Positions 26,110 through 38,545 of a DNA stretch of 64,000 nucleotides are shown piece by piece (position 1 is the first letter of the stretch; the number at the start of each line of letters is the position of its first letter). The DNA comes from Lophium mytilinum (Eukaryota): NCBI GenBank assembly GCA_010093605.1, contig MU004196.1, positions 1,200,606 to 1,264,605 of the forward strand, in the 5' to 3' direction. The notes below the pieces were generated by a model, which was not told the DNA's origin, did no database searches, and was given only the letters and a program-made list of their open reading frames with translations. Made by a program: the position numbers and the translations under genes.

Positions 26110-26772
26110 ACCGTGTCCGTCTTCCCTGAATTCAAACCTCCCAATCTTGGCTTGTGGGCTCTTAGTGTGATTGCATTTCTTGTGCGGCAAAAAGGGCGTT
26201 TGGTTGGTCTGTCTCTGTCCAGGATTGGAGGCTGGCATGGGATGTGGGCTTGATCGATCGATAGAACCATGATGATGAGCATGGATGGGATTACAGATTT
26301 GATCTGTATTATGTGGCAACCTTATGAGCCACGCTGAGCATGCAAAACTCGTCTTTTGCGGTCATGTGTACAATTATGTGCCACTGCTTGGAGTGCTTCA
26401 ACAAGTTTCGAGATAGCCCAAAGCTAACAGGTTTTACCTCTTTTACATTTCAAAAGATGTCTTGAAGCACCCCAAACAGCGGCAGGCAAGTGTATAGGAG
26501 GCAGAGTGCGGCGTGAGTGTGCTACCTTTTTCATACTCCGCGTGTGAACTCCACCTGTCCGCTAGGACGAGAGAAAAGAAATAGAAAAGACATACACTTC
26601 CATCCCATTTGATTGACCGCATGCTAAAGCTTTCTGGCTTCCGCCGCTCTCCTGCTTTCGCTATAATTCGACGCCAGACTCCTGCCATGCCCGCTCGAAT
26701 AACCTCGATATAAAACCAACAGCAAACTGAATCGTACACTCCTATCCCGCCTCACCCCCCTCCCCATCCCCC

Positions 26773-27376
26773 TCACTTCCCCCTCCTCCCCCCTGCCACA
26801 CTCCCCTCCCCAACCTTCCTCTTCTTCTTCCTCCCCTTCCCTTTCCCCCCATCCACCCCACTAACCCCACTCACCGCACTCTCCCCATCCCCCACGGCCT
26901 CCTCCTCCTCCCCCGCCCGCTTCTTCGCCCCCTTCTTCTCCTCCCCCTTCGGCCCCCCCTTCACCACCGCCCCCTCATCCGTATTAAACGCCTTCCGCTG
27001 CGCCTTCATCTCCTTATCCTTCGCAATCAGCTCGCTGATCCGGCCCAACTTCGCCGCATCCCGCCGCAGCATGAATTTGAAGTCGTCGACTTTGATCTTC
27101 GCGCGCCGCGAGTGTTGGGCGGCGGCGGCGGCTTCGTGGCAGGATTCGATGATGAAGTCGGTGATGATTTCGTCGAGGACGGTGATGGTGGTGGGGAGGG
27201 GGGGGATGGCGTCGCCGAAGGCGATGAGGTAGGCTTCTACTGTTGGAGCGGGGGGTTAGTTGGGGCGTAATGGCGAGGGGGGAATTGTTGCAGTGGAACG
27301 AAGGTAGTGGAGGCGTACGGTCGGTTGTAGGGAACTGCTGGCCTTTCTGGCGCAGGCGCATCCGCGGTTCTGTCAT
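26773..27376 (-). CDS. TAF13: TFIID subunit 13 (histone fold), 1 intron
   Basis: MTEPRMR...|VEAYLIAFGD..P...TITVLDEIITDFI...KIKVDDFKFMLRRD..KLGRISEL. Confidence 0.88.
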
Positions 27377-27847
27377 TCTGCTATGGAAAGCGGGTGTGGT
27401 ATCGGCCTCGCGATCGGGTTTGCTGCACAGAGGTTCGCGACGTCCGGGGGTGGCGGGCTTGGAGCGCTGGTGGTGGTGAGGGAGTTGGTTGCGGCGAGTG
27501 AATGGGTCGGCGCAGCTAGCCGGGAGGTGTCGCGAACCTGCGCGAAGTCGAAGGGAAAGCGTGGGATCTAGACGATGACCTCGAGTTTTGGGCTATTGGG
27601 AAGCGCGTTGAAGCACTCCAAGCATTGGCGGGCTGGTGTACACACGACCGCAAAAGCTGAGGTCGCGATCGCCGTCATCCGCAGATCTCGGCGCGCACGT
27701 TTCTCCACCCCCGACCCGTTCACGGCTTTGACACCTCTCCCAACTTTCCCCAACCTCACTGATCCGATTCGCGAATAAACAACCCCCAAACTTCGCAACC
27801 TATAACCTCTGAAGCACCCCGAAATCCTACCCTCAAACAACCTCACA

Positions 27848-28173
27848 ATGGTACCCCTCTCCCCTACCCTCCCCCTCAAAACCCCCCCAGCTAACCCCCC
27901 CCAACAGACCGCCCTCTTCAACTTCCAATCCCTCCTGCTCGTAATCCTGCTCCTAATCTGCACGTCCACGTATCTGCACCACGTGTTCCCCGGCCCGATG
28001 GACCGCAACAAGGACGGCGTGTTGGGGGTGTTCTGGAAAGGCGCGAGGATTGGGGAGCGGTTGAGTCCGTATGTTAGTGTGGCGTGTGTGATTATGGCGG
28101 TGAGTTGATTTCGTTGATTGGGGGAAGGAAGGGGCTAATATATGGGTAGGCGAGCATTTTCATTGGGACGTGA
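27848..28173 (+). CDS. KSH1: Protein kish (small secretory-pathway membrane protein), 2 introns
   Basis: [23 protein letters not shown]...[32 protein letters not shown]. Confidence 0.9.
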
Positions 28174-29172
28174 GCGATGTGCGAAAGCGAGGGAACTGTG
28201 GGGGATGGGATGGAGTGTGGAAGGGGGAGAAACGGCGCATGGATGAGTTCTGTAACCTCGCTGTTGATGGCGTGGGCGGGTTTGGAGAGGTATCGCGACG
28301 AGGATCAGAGGATGGGAGTGGGGAATGGACGGTGGAATGGGGTTGTTTTAGCACGGAGTTTGGCGTTTGGGCGGGAGCATCGGCGGATATGGTTCCATCA
28401 CGATTATGGCGGAAAGTGATCATCAAAAGAATATCATAAGAAAGATAAATATCAATTCAAAGTCACATACCAATGTACTATCAACATGGAAGCGGTACTC
28501 TACGAATCGACAACCAACAAACTTACATCACACAAATCACCCAAGCCGAAGCAGTTCGTTGAACTTGTTTTCATAGATTATAACCATACTACCATCATCC
28601 CCTAGCCCACCCGGCCAACACCTCCACCCACGAACTATTATATACAGAATTTTCCTCCCTCATCTCCGCTTTTCGCTCCCCCTCGCCGCTAAGTCGCACC
28701 AGATCCTCCAAGTCTCCACGATCCAAACCAGATAGCCAAGATACATCTCTAAGTGTACAGTACAGCCCACCCGCACGCCGCCACCCAGCCGGCGCGAAAG
28801 CAGAGAAGAAGAGAAGAGAGTTTGGAGTTTAGAGAGTTTTTCCCGATTTCAGTCGGCTGTATCGATCCAGCCAGCTGAACACACGCGCACACACACTGTC
28901 CAGGTACCCGCAGTACCCCGAGTGCGTATCCCCACCATGACGCAAAGAAAACAGAGACTGGAACCGACACACGCAAGCCTCCCGATTTTCTAGTACGCAC
29001 ATCCGAACCAAGCCGTTACAGACCGACATTTAGGAGAGGGAAAGGAGAGGAAAAGAAAAATGACTAAAGTAGGAGACTAATTAAAGTCTACCACTCATAA
29101 GGAGGTAAAAACACAATCTTGAAGAAAAGAAGGAGACAGACAGGACCCGCTCCTCAACTCTTTAAGGCTTCA

Positions 29173-31134
29173 CTACCTCTTCCTCGTTCCACTTCCGCCG
29201 CTCTTGCTGTTCTCAAACCCGCCCAGCCCCTTCCGCGACTGCCTCTCGGCCTCGCCTTCGCTCGCGTACTCGACAACCACTGCGTCGTCCATCACGTAGT
29301 CTCCTTCCCGGTCGATCTGAGGGACACTTCTTGCATCCGCGTCATCATCCTCGTCATCATCCTCGTGATCGGAGACTAGGCCAGGATTAGACTCGACTGC
29401 ATTGGGACTCAATTCGACAGGGGAGTCTGGGAGGCTGCGGTCATGCGACTGACTTGCACTACTCACGCCAACACGAGGAAGACGCGGCGGCTCAGCACGG
29501 CCATGACCTTTTTGACTGCCGGTAGGACGAGCAGGGGCTTTGCCGTTTGCGGATGCGGAGTGGCTGTTGCTGGCAGGTAAACGGGCGAGCTGAGGCGTGG
29601 GCGCAACCTTGGAGATTGGAGTTTGCAGGGCCGAATCGGTGGTCAGCTCGTCATCTGAAGCCTCGAAGCTGGAGACATCGATTCGAGTACGGGCGGTGTC
29701 GACTAGGTTCTTGAGATCGCCTGGGAAGCCGCGTTTTAGGAGCAAGGCGTTCATCCAGGGGGTTTGAGGCGAGGGGACGAAGGGGGGTTGAGATCCGGGA
29801 GAGATAGCAGGAGAGGAAACGGGGGGGACCGAGGCTGAAGGAACAAGCCTAGGCAGAACACTGCGAGCATTGTTGGGTGCATTTGACCGAATTAATGGGT
29901 GAATGAAGCCGTTGCTCGCAGAGCCGACAAAGCCTACCGCCGGAGTGGGCGGCACGGACTGAGAGGGTTCCGAGGGCGGGATAATTGAGCCAAGTTCGTC
30001 AGTCTCAACAGGAACACCGCATGCCACGGCAGCAGCATCGTGACTCTTGTAGATTTGGTTGTGCTTGATGCGGCAGTGGTTGAGGAAACCCTGAGTGTTG
30101 GAGAATTGGCCACTCTGGCAAATGGCGCAGTACAACCGCACCCACTGACCGTCGGTCGACCGTTTGTGCAAGAGAGGGTCTACTTTCGGTACAGGCGCTG
30201 GATTTTCACCGAGCGACTGGAACCGCATTGCTCCGGTCGATGTCCGTGAGTTTCGGGACTTCCCGGTAGTCGGGACTTCCGCAAAGCTGCCACGGGTCGC
30301 ACGTCCTTCACCAAGTCCGAAGTACCCATGTGATTGCAACAAGCCTGTTTCCGGAATGGAGTCAAACTTCGGGTCTGGGATCAACCACTTGGCATAGTGT
30401 CGAGAGTATGGTCCATCAGTGACTCCCCACGGGGCAGCATGGACTGGCTCCGTGTATCCGCGTCGAGGTTGCAGTGCTGGACCCACGCCACCGCTGACAT
30501 TTTCAGACAGCGATTGCGAGCCCGGGTAAGGCACTAGCTGACACCGCCGTAGTTGCTCCAACGCGACCTGACACTTTCCCAGCTCCTGTTCGATAAGGCG
30601 CAGTTCGTTGTGCTTGAGGAGGATCTCGTAGTTGAACTGGGCTTCGATGGCCTGCTGAGTTGGCGTGAGGCTCGAGTCCATATCCAGAGCGTTCTTTTCG
30701 GTGGATTCGATTGACGATGCCGGCACAGCAGGAGGCTGCGAGATGTTGACCTTTGACTTGGCGACGCCTTCCTCTTTCGATGCGCTTCCTGCACTCAGAT
30801 CAACGGGTTTGACGGGCGCAGTGGCCGGGCTCTTGGCTTGAGGCTTGGAATTCCCGTGCGACACGACGATGCCGTCAAGCATTGGTTCACGGTCCTGTGC
30901 ACCCATGTTGAACACGGCACGCTTCACCTCGCCGGCCGTGCACTTCTGCTTCTTGACAAGATGCACGCTGGTCGCTGTCGACACCTCGGGGCTATCGGTG
31001 CGCTTGCGCTTGAAGGTGCTCAACAGCGGGATATCGACGACGGGCATGTTGCGCGGCTTGTGCAGGGCCGACTTCTCCATAATCTTGTCGCCGGGAGAGT
31101 CGGAGCTCCACGGAAGGCGGAACATGGACTGCAT
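29173..31134 (-). CDS. AHC1: AHC1-like protein (ADA histone acetyltransferase complex component); start uncertain
   Basis: Coiled coil QFNYEILLKHNELRLIEQELGKCQVALEQLRRC and C2H2-like CAIC...FSNTQGFLNHCRIKH...SHDAAAVACG. Confidence 0.75.
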   Translation of the reverse strand: MQSMFRLPWSSDSPGDKIMEKSALHKPRNMPVVDIPLLSTFKRKRTDSPEVSTATSVHLVKKQKCTAGEVKRAVFNMGAQDREPMLDGIVVSHGNSKPQAKSPATAPVKPVDLSAGSASKEEGVAKSKVNISQPPAVPASSIESTEKNALDMDSSLTPTQQAIEAQFNYEILLKHNELRLIEQELGKCQVALEQLRRCQLVPYPGSQSLSENVSGGVGPALQPRRGYTEPVHAAPWGVTDGPYSRHYAKWLIPDPKFDSIPETGLLQSHGYFGLGEGRATRGSFAEVPTTGKSRNSRTSTGAMRFQSLGENPAPVPKVDPLLHKRSTDGQWVRLYCAICQSGQFSNTQGFLNHCRIKHNQIYKSHDAAAVACGVPVETDELGSIIPPSEPSQSVPPTPAVGFVGSASNGFIHPLIRSNAPNNARSVLPRLVPSASVPPVSSPAISPGSQPPFVPSPQTPWMNALLLKRGFPGDLKNLVDTARTRIDVSSFEASDDELTTDSALQTPISKVAPTPQLARLPASNSHSASANGKAPARPTGSQKGHGRAEPPRLPRVGVSSASQSHDRSLPDSPVELSPNAVESNPGLVSDHEDDDEDDDADARSVPQIDREGDYVMDDAVVVEYASEGEAERQSRKGLGGFENSKSGGSGTRKR

Positions 31135-33362
31135 CGTGGCGAGGGTGGTTGCCTGGACGGAGCGACGGTCATCTGTGGTCGTGAGTGCGGCGGCGCAACG
31201 ACGTGTGGGTGGTGTGGCGCGTCTTGGTGACGTATCAGGAGAGCTCCGGTAACGGTCGCGTTGGGAGCGAGGTGCGAGTAGAGGGAAGAAGAGTGAATTA
31301 AGTAGCAAACAAGGCGGGTGCAAAGGAGTGCAAGAAGAAGAGGGCCGTCACGAGGCTCGAGGCAGCCGTCTGCAGTTGGGACGAAATGGTGGAGCTGGAG
31401 GCGGGCAAGATAAGGCCAGAAGCACGGCACGCAGCGGGAAAAAAGATGTTAAAAGTCGTGAATAGGGAAGTCAGAGGGGCACTGCAGCTCGCAGGCAGAA
31501 AAGGTGCCGGTCGGAGGCTGTGGTGGGGGGGATCCGTGGTGTGGGCGTGGTGTTGGTACGTGGTGGGTGAGGTTGTGAGGTTGAGGGCGAAGGGGTTGCG
31601 CACGGCGGCGAGGGACGGCTGCGAAAGCTGCGCTATGCCAAATATACCCTCACGGCGCACGCTCCACCGGCGATGCAGTGCTTGATTGGATGGACGGATG
31701 GGCGGGACAGCGCCGGCGTCGATTGTTATGCCATTCTCGAACCGCGACGGAATGTTAATCCACTCACCACGGCATCATTGACTCAGCGCTCTCTCGACAC
31801 CATGAATGTGCATCGTCATGAGTGTGGCTATATAGCCATCCCTCTTGTGCGCCACCGCTCTTTGTTCTCTCCGATCGAAGGCTCGCTGCCGTATTCCCGG
31901 CTCGCACATGCTTCCAAGCTACAAAACCTTGCTTCCGAGCCCGATGGCGGCCAGCTGCTGTCTCAAGCGTGTCAGGTCAGGCCGTCTGCCCTCCAGGCTG
32001 CCTCGTTGTCTGTTCCAGGGCCCCCACCATCCTCAACACCAGGCGACGTATCATGTCCATCGCTGCTGGCAATCCTCCAATCAGCGTGACCCCTCCTGCG
32101 CAAGTGCTAACAAGCGCATCGCGATGTTCCACCAGCTTCCACGGATCGCTCGCGGGTTAGGGCCCTCGGCGCCGGCTCCGCTTGCCTGGAGATTACGTCG
32201 ACAGCCACAACACCACCAATCCCGCCGTGAAACATCGCCAACTCACCCTTTCCCTAACCACGTGACTTTTTGACAGAGCAGAGCTTTCTCTCATCTTGGT
32301 TCGCTCACATCAGGCTGCTCGGGCGTCGGTGACGCTGTGTCCTGATGATTCAGCTAGTAGAGCCACCCTCCGGGCTCTTATGTTAACGGTTACGACTAAC
32401 TAACAGCGTAGAAGGTATTCTACTTTCGTCTCTTTATGAGGTAGTTCTCAACGTCGCGGGCCCTGCTCATAGGAATGATTGACGACCGGTCCTTCCGTGC
32501 CCGTGACTTCGTGTAGTCCCTAGATCTGCTGATTCTCATTGCCTGGATTACCCTCCCCAGGCCATCCGGCACATCGCAAAGAAACATGGAACTGGCGGGC
32601 GAAAACAGGGCATGGTGAGGGTCGACCACAGATGAGTGAAAAGCACAACCTTCCAAGGACGGGCCTTGGTCGTATAGGCATTGTGGTGGGTGATCAAAGG
32701 ACACAAAGATCAGGCTGAGAAGATGAGCCGCTGCTCCGATCAATCTCATCTCGTCTTTCATGTTCCAACAACCCAATGTGCACCCCCACACCCCTACCCG
32801 ACCACCTCTGCTCACGTGACCCGATGCATGCTGTTGAGTACAGCTCAAGTCCAGCTCAGCTTCAGCTTAGGTCTCGTTCAATTGACGATCGGTGGATACA
32901 GTTGCCGCAAAAGGGTGTGTCGATGTAATAATAGCACCTGATGCGAGACTTCCAACAACCCGGCTGGCACACGAAGCAGTTAGAGCTTCGTCCAAACCGC
33001 CCCGTTCATGAGTAGGCGGACTCCATGTTAATCATCTACCAGTCGATGATCGAGGTAGGCTTGCTTACGGCGTTAAGGTGCGTCCCATTCAAAATACCGT
33101 CCAATCCAAAAGCTAAGCTAACAAGGCAAATGCTTAGCCAACAAGGCTGCGGCAGCCCGCTGGCACAGGTCTGCCTTTGAATCTTCTCCTGCAGAATGGG
33201 GCTCAGAGGCAAAGCGCCTAGGGGCCAAGGAAGGCCATGATATATATTAGCATTCTGTTGTGCTTCATATTCGAATTTCCTCCTCGTCTTTATATTACGG
33301 GTCCTGGTCACGCGACTTACTTTCCAAAATCGACCTCTTTCCACGTTCACACGCATATAACC

Positions 33363-34587
33363 ATGCTCTTCGGTTGGAATAACAGGGGCTTTTCTTTCGA
33401 CGTCGAGGCCGATTGCAATAAATCGAACGCGTCGATAGACTGCAGCGTTTCGTTCCGTAATGGCTCAAACATCGTCTCAGCATTTGGACATAGAGATCAG
33501 ATCACCCCCGACCCAGATATCGCGGGGAAAGGGGTAAGGCGTCTCATTCTCTCTTCCCCGTTCACCTCTGGCGCTCGTTTCTCTGACACTACCTTCCACA
33601 ATCAGGTTTTCATCGCCCTCGCCGTCTAGGTCCTCCTCATCTGGGGAATGGCATTGATCTTGATGCATCTTGATTTCAGAGGCTCCAACCGAAAATGGCA
33701 CTACGTCATGCTCTTCTCGCTCTCGGACATCATGGGCGTATCAAGCTATCGTGTACATAGCCAACTTCATCAGCACGGGAAAGTGTAATTTGACAACCTA
33801 CCACTACTACGTCGCGCTGGACTCTGTTCTCGTCGCATGCTCGACCCTGGTCCTAATATTTATCTCCGCACGCCACCACTACCGTACGACCGTCGCTAGC
33901 CTCGTCAGATTCTCCGCCACGGTAGTCATTTTTAGCTTACTGGGGATCTTCATAGTCTACCTAGCCCACAAGAACAGGCAAGAACAGTTCCCAGAACTAT
34001 TTCCGCCTCGCTCCCGAAACGACAGCGCCATCCTGCTCCCCGTCTCTTGCTTCATCGACAAGGACCTGATCCACCTCAAAACCCCATTTGCCACCGACGT
34101 CAATCCACCCCTCCTCACTACAGAGCAGCAGGCCCGCATGGGGCGTCCCATCAAGACTGGGTACCTCCCGGAAATTATACTCTACCTGTTCCTCATGGCG
34201 TACTTGTTTCTGGGCATGTGCGCGCAGCTCTGGGACGTGTTCTGCAAAGACTCAAGGAGAGCGCACGTCGCGAAACGTACAAGTTTCGTCCTCAAAGCTT
34301 TCTGGTCCACGACGTTCCTGCTCTGCTTGGGCACCGACATCTACTGCATTGCTCATATCGGGTGGCTAAAGGGCTGGGCCGCCTCTTCAGGGTGGATGAA
34401 GGATGGTCGGGAGGGCGACCTGTCCACCATTGGGCAAATAATGGCTATTGCGACGCCGGGACTGTTTTTAGTGGCATGTTGCGACAAAGTGAAGTTTAGA
34501 AAGGGTCCGGAGAAGAACATGGACCACGAGGAGCGGTTGCCTTTGACGCAGCAAGGGTATAGTAGTGTTCCACAGCCGCGCCGATAA
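33363..34587 (+). pseudogene. Fungal multi-TM protein of the PDIAG-GV type, disrupted
   Basis: DPDIAGKG|V intron join, in-frame TAG at 33627-33629, then a frameshift near 33733 (LSDIM to AYQAIVYI). Hydrophobic helices and an IGQIMAI motif follow. Confidence 0.55.
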
Positions 34588-35166
34588 GGCAAAGGATTGG
34601 TTGTGTAGTTGGTTTGGAGTTCTGTTAGTTCGATCACTGATGACGAGGTGGCCTAGAACATCACCTGGAGCGGTTATCTGAGTCTCATTCAGCTTCTTTT
34701 AATATTTACACAACATCTCTGGGGGAGTTCTAGCGATATCGCAAGTATTCAGACGCCCCAAGCTTCTTTCTCTTTAGACTTAATCAATTTTGAGCTTCTA
34801 TTTGCTTTTCACGTTCTGCTTTAAGACTTCCATTTCTCTCATCTGGAAATACATTCAACATTTCGGCCAGGGTTCACTTTTACACAATCCTAACACCTTT
34901 CAATCCTACATCCAAGACGTCTACGGTCTCTTCCTACTTTTAGCATCTTTATGCCGCGAGCAAGTCCGGAGTCACAGTACAGTCATTAGACCAGTGCCCT
35001 TCATGATCTTCCGTCATTTTGACAGCGTACATGACGGCTTTGTCTGCATCTCGGCATGAATGGGCATTCGGCAGCCATAATATATTTCTCCAGCCAGCAG
35101 TCCTATCGCGCTAACAAAGAAAGGAGTTGACCTTCGTTTCCGGCTCGACGTAAGCTCGCCAACAGC

Positions 35167-35799
35167 TTAGAACCAATCGAACCAAATAATGGGAAATACT
35201 TCGAGACTTTCACTGTACCCAGACCTACAATACTCCATCACTTTCCGGTCCGTCTCCGTCAATACTCCCTTGCCAAGCCTTTTCAGCCCGTTATCAGCCT
35301 CCAGGCACCTCAAGATAGCAGATAAAGAAGCTTCCGCACTCGTTTCATCCCTTCGAACCTCAAGCGTCTTCGACTCTTCCTGAATCACAAGCACCGCTTT
35401 CAGCATATAAGCTAGCAAACGTGCTTCCCGAATTCCTTCAATGAAGGCGCGCACACGCCCGAAGAATGAACTCGGTCTTTCCACCTGCTGTTTCCTCTCG
35501 TTTTGCAGCCGCAGGTCGATTTCTTTCGCCAAAACCGGCACGCGGCGAATGAAATAAGTCAACGGCGAATTTTCTTTTGGTCTCTGAGGAGCTTGGTTCG
35601 GGTGCTTGGTTTTCAGGGCCGGCGTCTTGTTTATCGTAGGGTGGCGATCCATTGGGACTACTAAGCCCTGTGTCACCCCGCGTCTATTGGCTTGGCTTCG
35701 TAGCGAGGTGTGAAAAGCTCGATTGAGAAGTGGATAAGACGCAAGAGGGACAAATGCGTTAACCGATGGGAAACCCGGTGCTGGCAACCGGAGAGGCAT
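35167..35799 (-). CDS. Hypothetical protein with possible mitochondrial presequence
   Basis: 210 aa from ATG 35799; Arg/Ser-rich N-terminus with RAFHTS; similar to the neighbour at 35950-36586. Confidence 0.5.
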   Translation of the reverse strand: MPLRLPAPGFPSVNAFVPLASYPLLNRAFHTSLRSQANRRGVTQGLVVPMDRHPTINKTPALKTKHPNQAPQRPKENSPLTYFIRRVPVLAKEIDLRLQNERKQQVERPSSFFGRVRAFIEGIREARLLAYMLKAVLVIQEESKTLEVRRDETSAEASLSAILRCLEADNGLKRLGKGVLTETDRKVMEYCRSGYSESLEVFPIIWFDWF

Positions 35800-35949
35800 G
35801 ATGAAGAGCTGCCCGAATCCTACAGAAACCGAGCTGGGCGGACGCACTCTTAAGGTACCTCTGCCGAACGTTGCACAACTTCAACTATGGTGGCACAGCA
35901 TCTAGGCACCAGCATTCCTCAACCCGTCCCCAGATCCCCATCTCCTCTC

Positions 35950-36586
35950 TCAAAGACACAATAAACTCTCCCTCTCTTTCCCCGTCAAAACCCCCCTCCC
36001 CATCCCCCTCAACGCCTCGTCCACCAGCAAAAACCTCGTCGCTGCCGCCACCGTCGCCAGCTCCTCCAACTCGACCCAGAAGCCCCGCTCTGCTCCCATC
36101 ATCTCTCTCACCGCGCCGCGTAGACATCCTAGTAACTCCTCCTCTGCTTCCCGCCCATTCGTCTGCGCGTCGGCCTGTCGCGCGTCTATTCTCTGTCGGA
36201 TGGCGGGGAGACGGCTGTCTAGGTAATCTTGCGCTAGCACCGATCGGGCGGGTGGCTGCCAGTTGGGGCTCCGTACGCCTAGGGGTTCTGGAGAAGCGCG
36301 CAGTGTCATGTGGCTTTTTAGTAAGGGGAGTGGCTGGGGCGGCGAGCTGGTATGGCTGGGTGGGACTACGGTTGGGGGCGGTTGGGTTGCGCGGGGGAAG
36401 GAGGCGGAGAAAGAGCGGTCGTGGGGTGGTTTGGGGAGTTGAGGGAGGGAGGGACGCCGGGGGTGGGGCATTGCGGTTGAGTGGTGCTGTTGGAGAGGTT
36501 TGATGGTATTCGCGAGGGTGCAAGTGGCGGGCTGATGTCGGTTGGATACTTCGCGCACTGGTTGTAAAACGGATGGGCATCCACAT
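35950..36586 (-). pseudogene. Paralog of 35167-35799, probably frameshifted
   Basis: C-terminal TRFLLVDEALRGMGRGVLTGKERE resembles LRCLEADNGLKRLGKGVLTETDRK. The ATG-bearing N-terminus (MWMPIRFTTSARS) is in another frame. Confidence 0.4.
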
Positions 36587-37520
36587 TTAGCGGGACGGTG
36601 GGAAATGCTTATTAGAGAATGAGTTGGAGGCTGTTGGTAGGTTGTTGTTCATGTTGTTGTTGTTGTGGGGATCGCCATAATTGGAGGTGGTTGGGGTGGC
36701 TGGGGGTGCGACCACCAGCGTGATATCTCACCACATCGCCCCCCAATTGAATTCCATGAGCTCTGGTTCGTGTGAAGTTGATGTACTCAAGAACCGGAAC
36801 CTTGGTATTAGAGCCCAGAACTAAGTGAGAGTTTGCACTGGCAAGATGTATAAGCGGGAGCCAGTCCGTGCGATTTGGAGTGGATCTGGGTTTACTATTG
36901 TTAAGACTTCTAAATCAGACCTCGGAGTTACGTTCCTTTTCCATCGTTGGGAAGCATCAATTGGAGCGGGTTCGTGCAATATGAATTGATTCGGGCTTGT
37001 CATTGGCACGACTTGTCGTTGAGGTTACGGAACGAGGTCTCATACTATCACAGGTTGGTCAAAAAGCACTGGTAGACCTGACAGAGTCATTACTAGGTCT
37101 GACTAAATTACTAGCTGAACAGTTGCTAGAGGACAGTACTAGGGCACAGGTTTGGCCAGCTATCTCTTTTATTTGATACTGATTCATGATAAGGTTTCAC
37201 AGAACCTCGAACAGGGCAAGCCCGCTAATGGCCAGCTTATGGAATTCCTCTAATTCAAGCTCTTAGGGAATGAAACAAATTAAGCGCGTCGAGGCACCCT
37301 CAACGGTGGTGAGTAAGGGTGTATTGGAATTTGTCAAGGTACTGTAAGTAGACCTGGCCACGTTATGTACCGATACTATTAGGTCTCCGTAACAAGGAGA
37401 GAAGAAAAACTCTAAACCTACCCTTCGACGTTGTATACTTCTTAGCTAGAAGCCTATTTAGCGAACCTCTATTTCGTATGCAGTTTTTGCTCGTTAGCAT
37501 CGTTATTTGAAAGATTTAAG

Positions 37521-37615
37521 GCCAATGTCTATTTTCAAGCAGTGTAGATTAGACTGCCTCTTGACTAAATAACAGCTTAGCAGCTAGGCTGCCCCCTGCA
37601 GTGGTATCGAGCGAA
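37521..37615 (+). repeat. Direct repeat, left copy (about 95 bp)
   Basis: Ungapped match to 38546-38640; 70 of 95 positions identical by hand count. Confidence 0.8.
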
Positions 37616-37617
37616 AG

Positions 37618-38458
37618 TTAGAACCAAGATGGCCTAATGAAACCGGGTAATATACTCTTAAACACCGTCACCAAATCCTCCACACTTTCGCCCGTTACGC
37701 GCCCTACTAGACTCGCCGTTGTCTTATAACCCGCTACAACGGGCCCTATTACGTGCACGACCGACGTCTCCCGCAGCTTAAACGCATGATCGCCCCGTAC
37801 TACTAGCGAATGATAGGGCGTTTCATTGACATAGCTCCTATCCCCCTCCGCCCTAATTCCCATATACTGCTCGCGTACCTCCCGTGATTTCATGCCGATG
37901 CCCCGCCCTGTGTGCGAAGTTAGCGGACACGCGATCATGTGCTGCGGAAAAACTGCCAGAACCACCATATAGCGCATTTTAGTGGAAATGGGGCCAATGG
38001 TGCTTTCAGTGCGTGCTTCGCTGGTGGTTGAGACGCTGTGGTCGCCGAGCGGCGCGAAGTGCGGCGTGCAGAATATCGAGCCGGGGGCTAGCTCTGCGAT
38101 CTCTTCGCGGGTCAGAGTCCTTGAGGGAGCTTTGGAGTTCGCGGTGGCGAGGGTGAGGCTGGATAGGCTAGGGGTGGAGCAGGCGGAAACAGAGGGACAT
38201 AGCGCCAGAGCTGGCGGTGCTGCTTTGGCCGCCCATGCGGAGATTCTTGATTCGGGGGTTGAGCGAGGGGGGAAGTGAGGCAGCATTGCTGGTTGGTCTT
38301 GGGGGAAGGGGGTAGGCTAATGTTTGGGAACCTCCCTGCTGAGGGAGAGATTGTGCACCATTTCCTGAGCCTGAGGTTACCAGCTTCGACTTCGGATAGG
38401 GTTGGTAACGAGAGCTAGAAGAGGCTCTACTTACTTGTGAGCCTGATTGTTCGACCAT
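37618..38458 (-). pseudogene. DUF6590-like / PemK-MazF-like protein, copy 1 (frameshift at C6 run near 38270)
   Basis: Core PHFAPLGD...RTESTIGPISTKMRYMVV...CPLTSHTGRGIG is shared with copies 2-4. The N-terminus MVEQSGSQVSRASS is in a different frame. Confidence 0.7.
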
Positions 38459-38545
38459 TTTATTGATCTGTACAGTGTCAGGTGACCCTGGGCACACTTC
38501 TTCGCCACTGCTTCCAGTACTCTCAACGAATTTCGAGAATCAACA

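Noticed and set aside
31300..33200. Many overlapping 100-140 aa ORFs
   Set aside because: No motifs or consistent frame; likely the 5' UTR and promoter of the AHC1-like gene.
36641..36666. (GTT)n microsatellite
   Set aside because: Short simple repeat with no evident significance.
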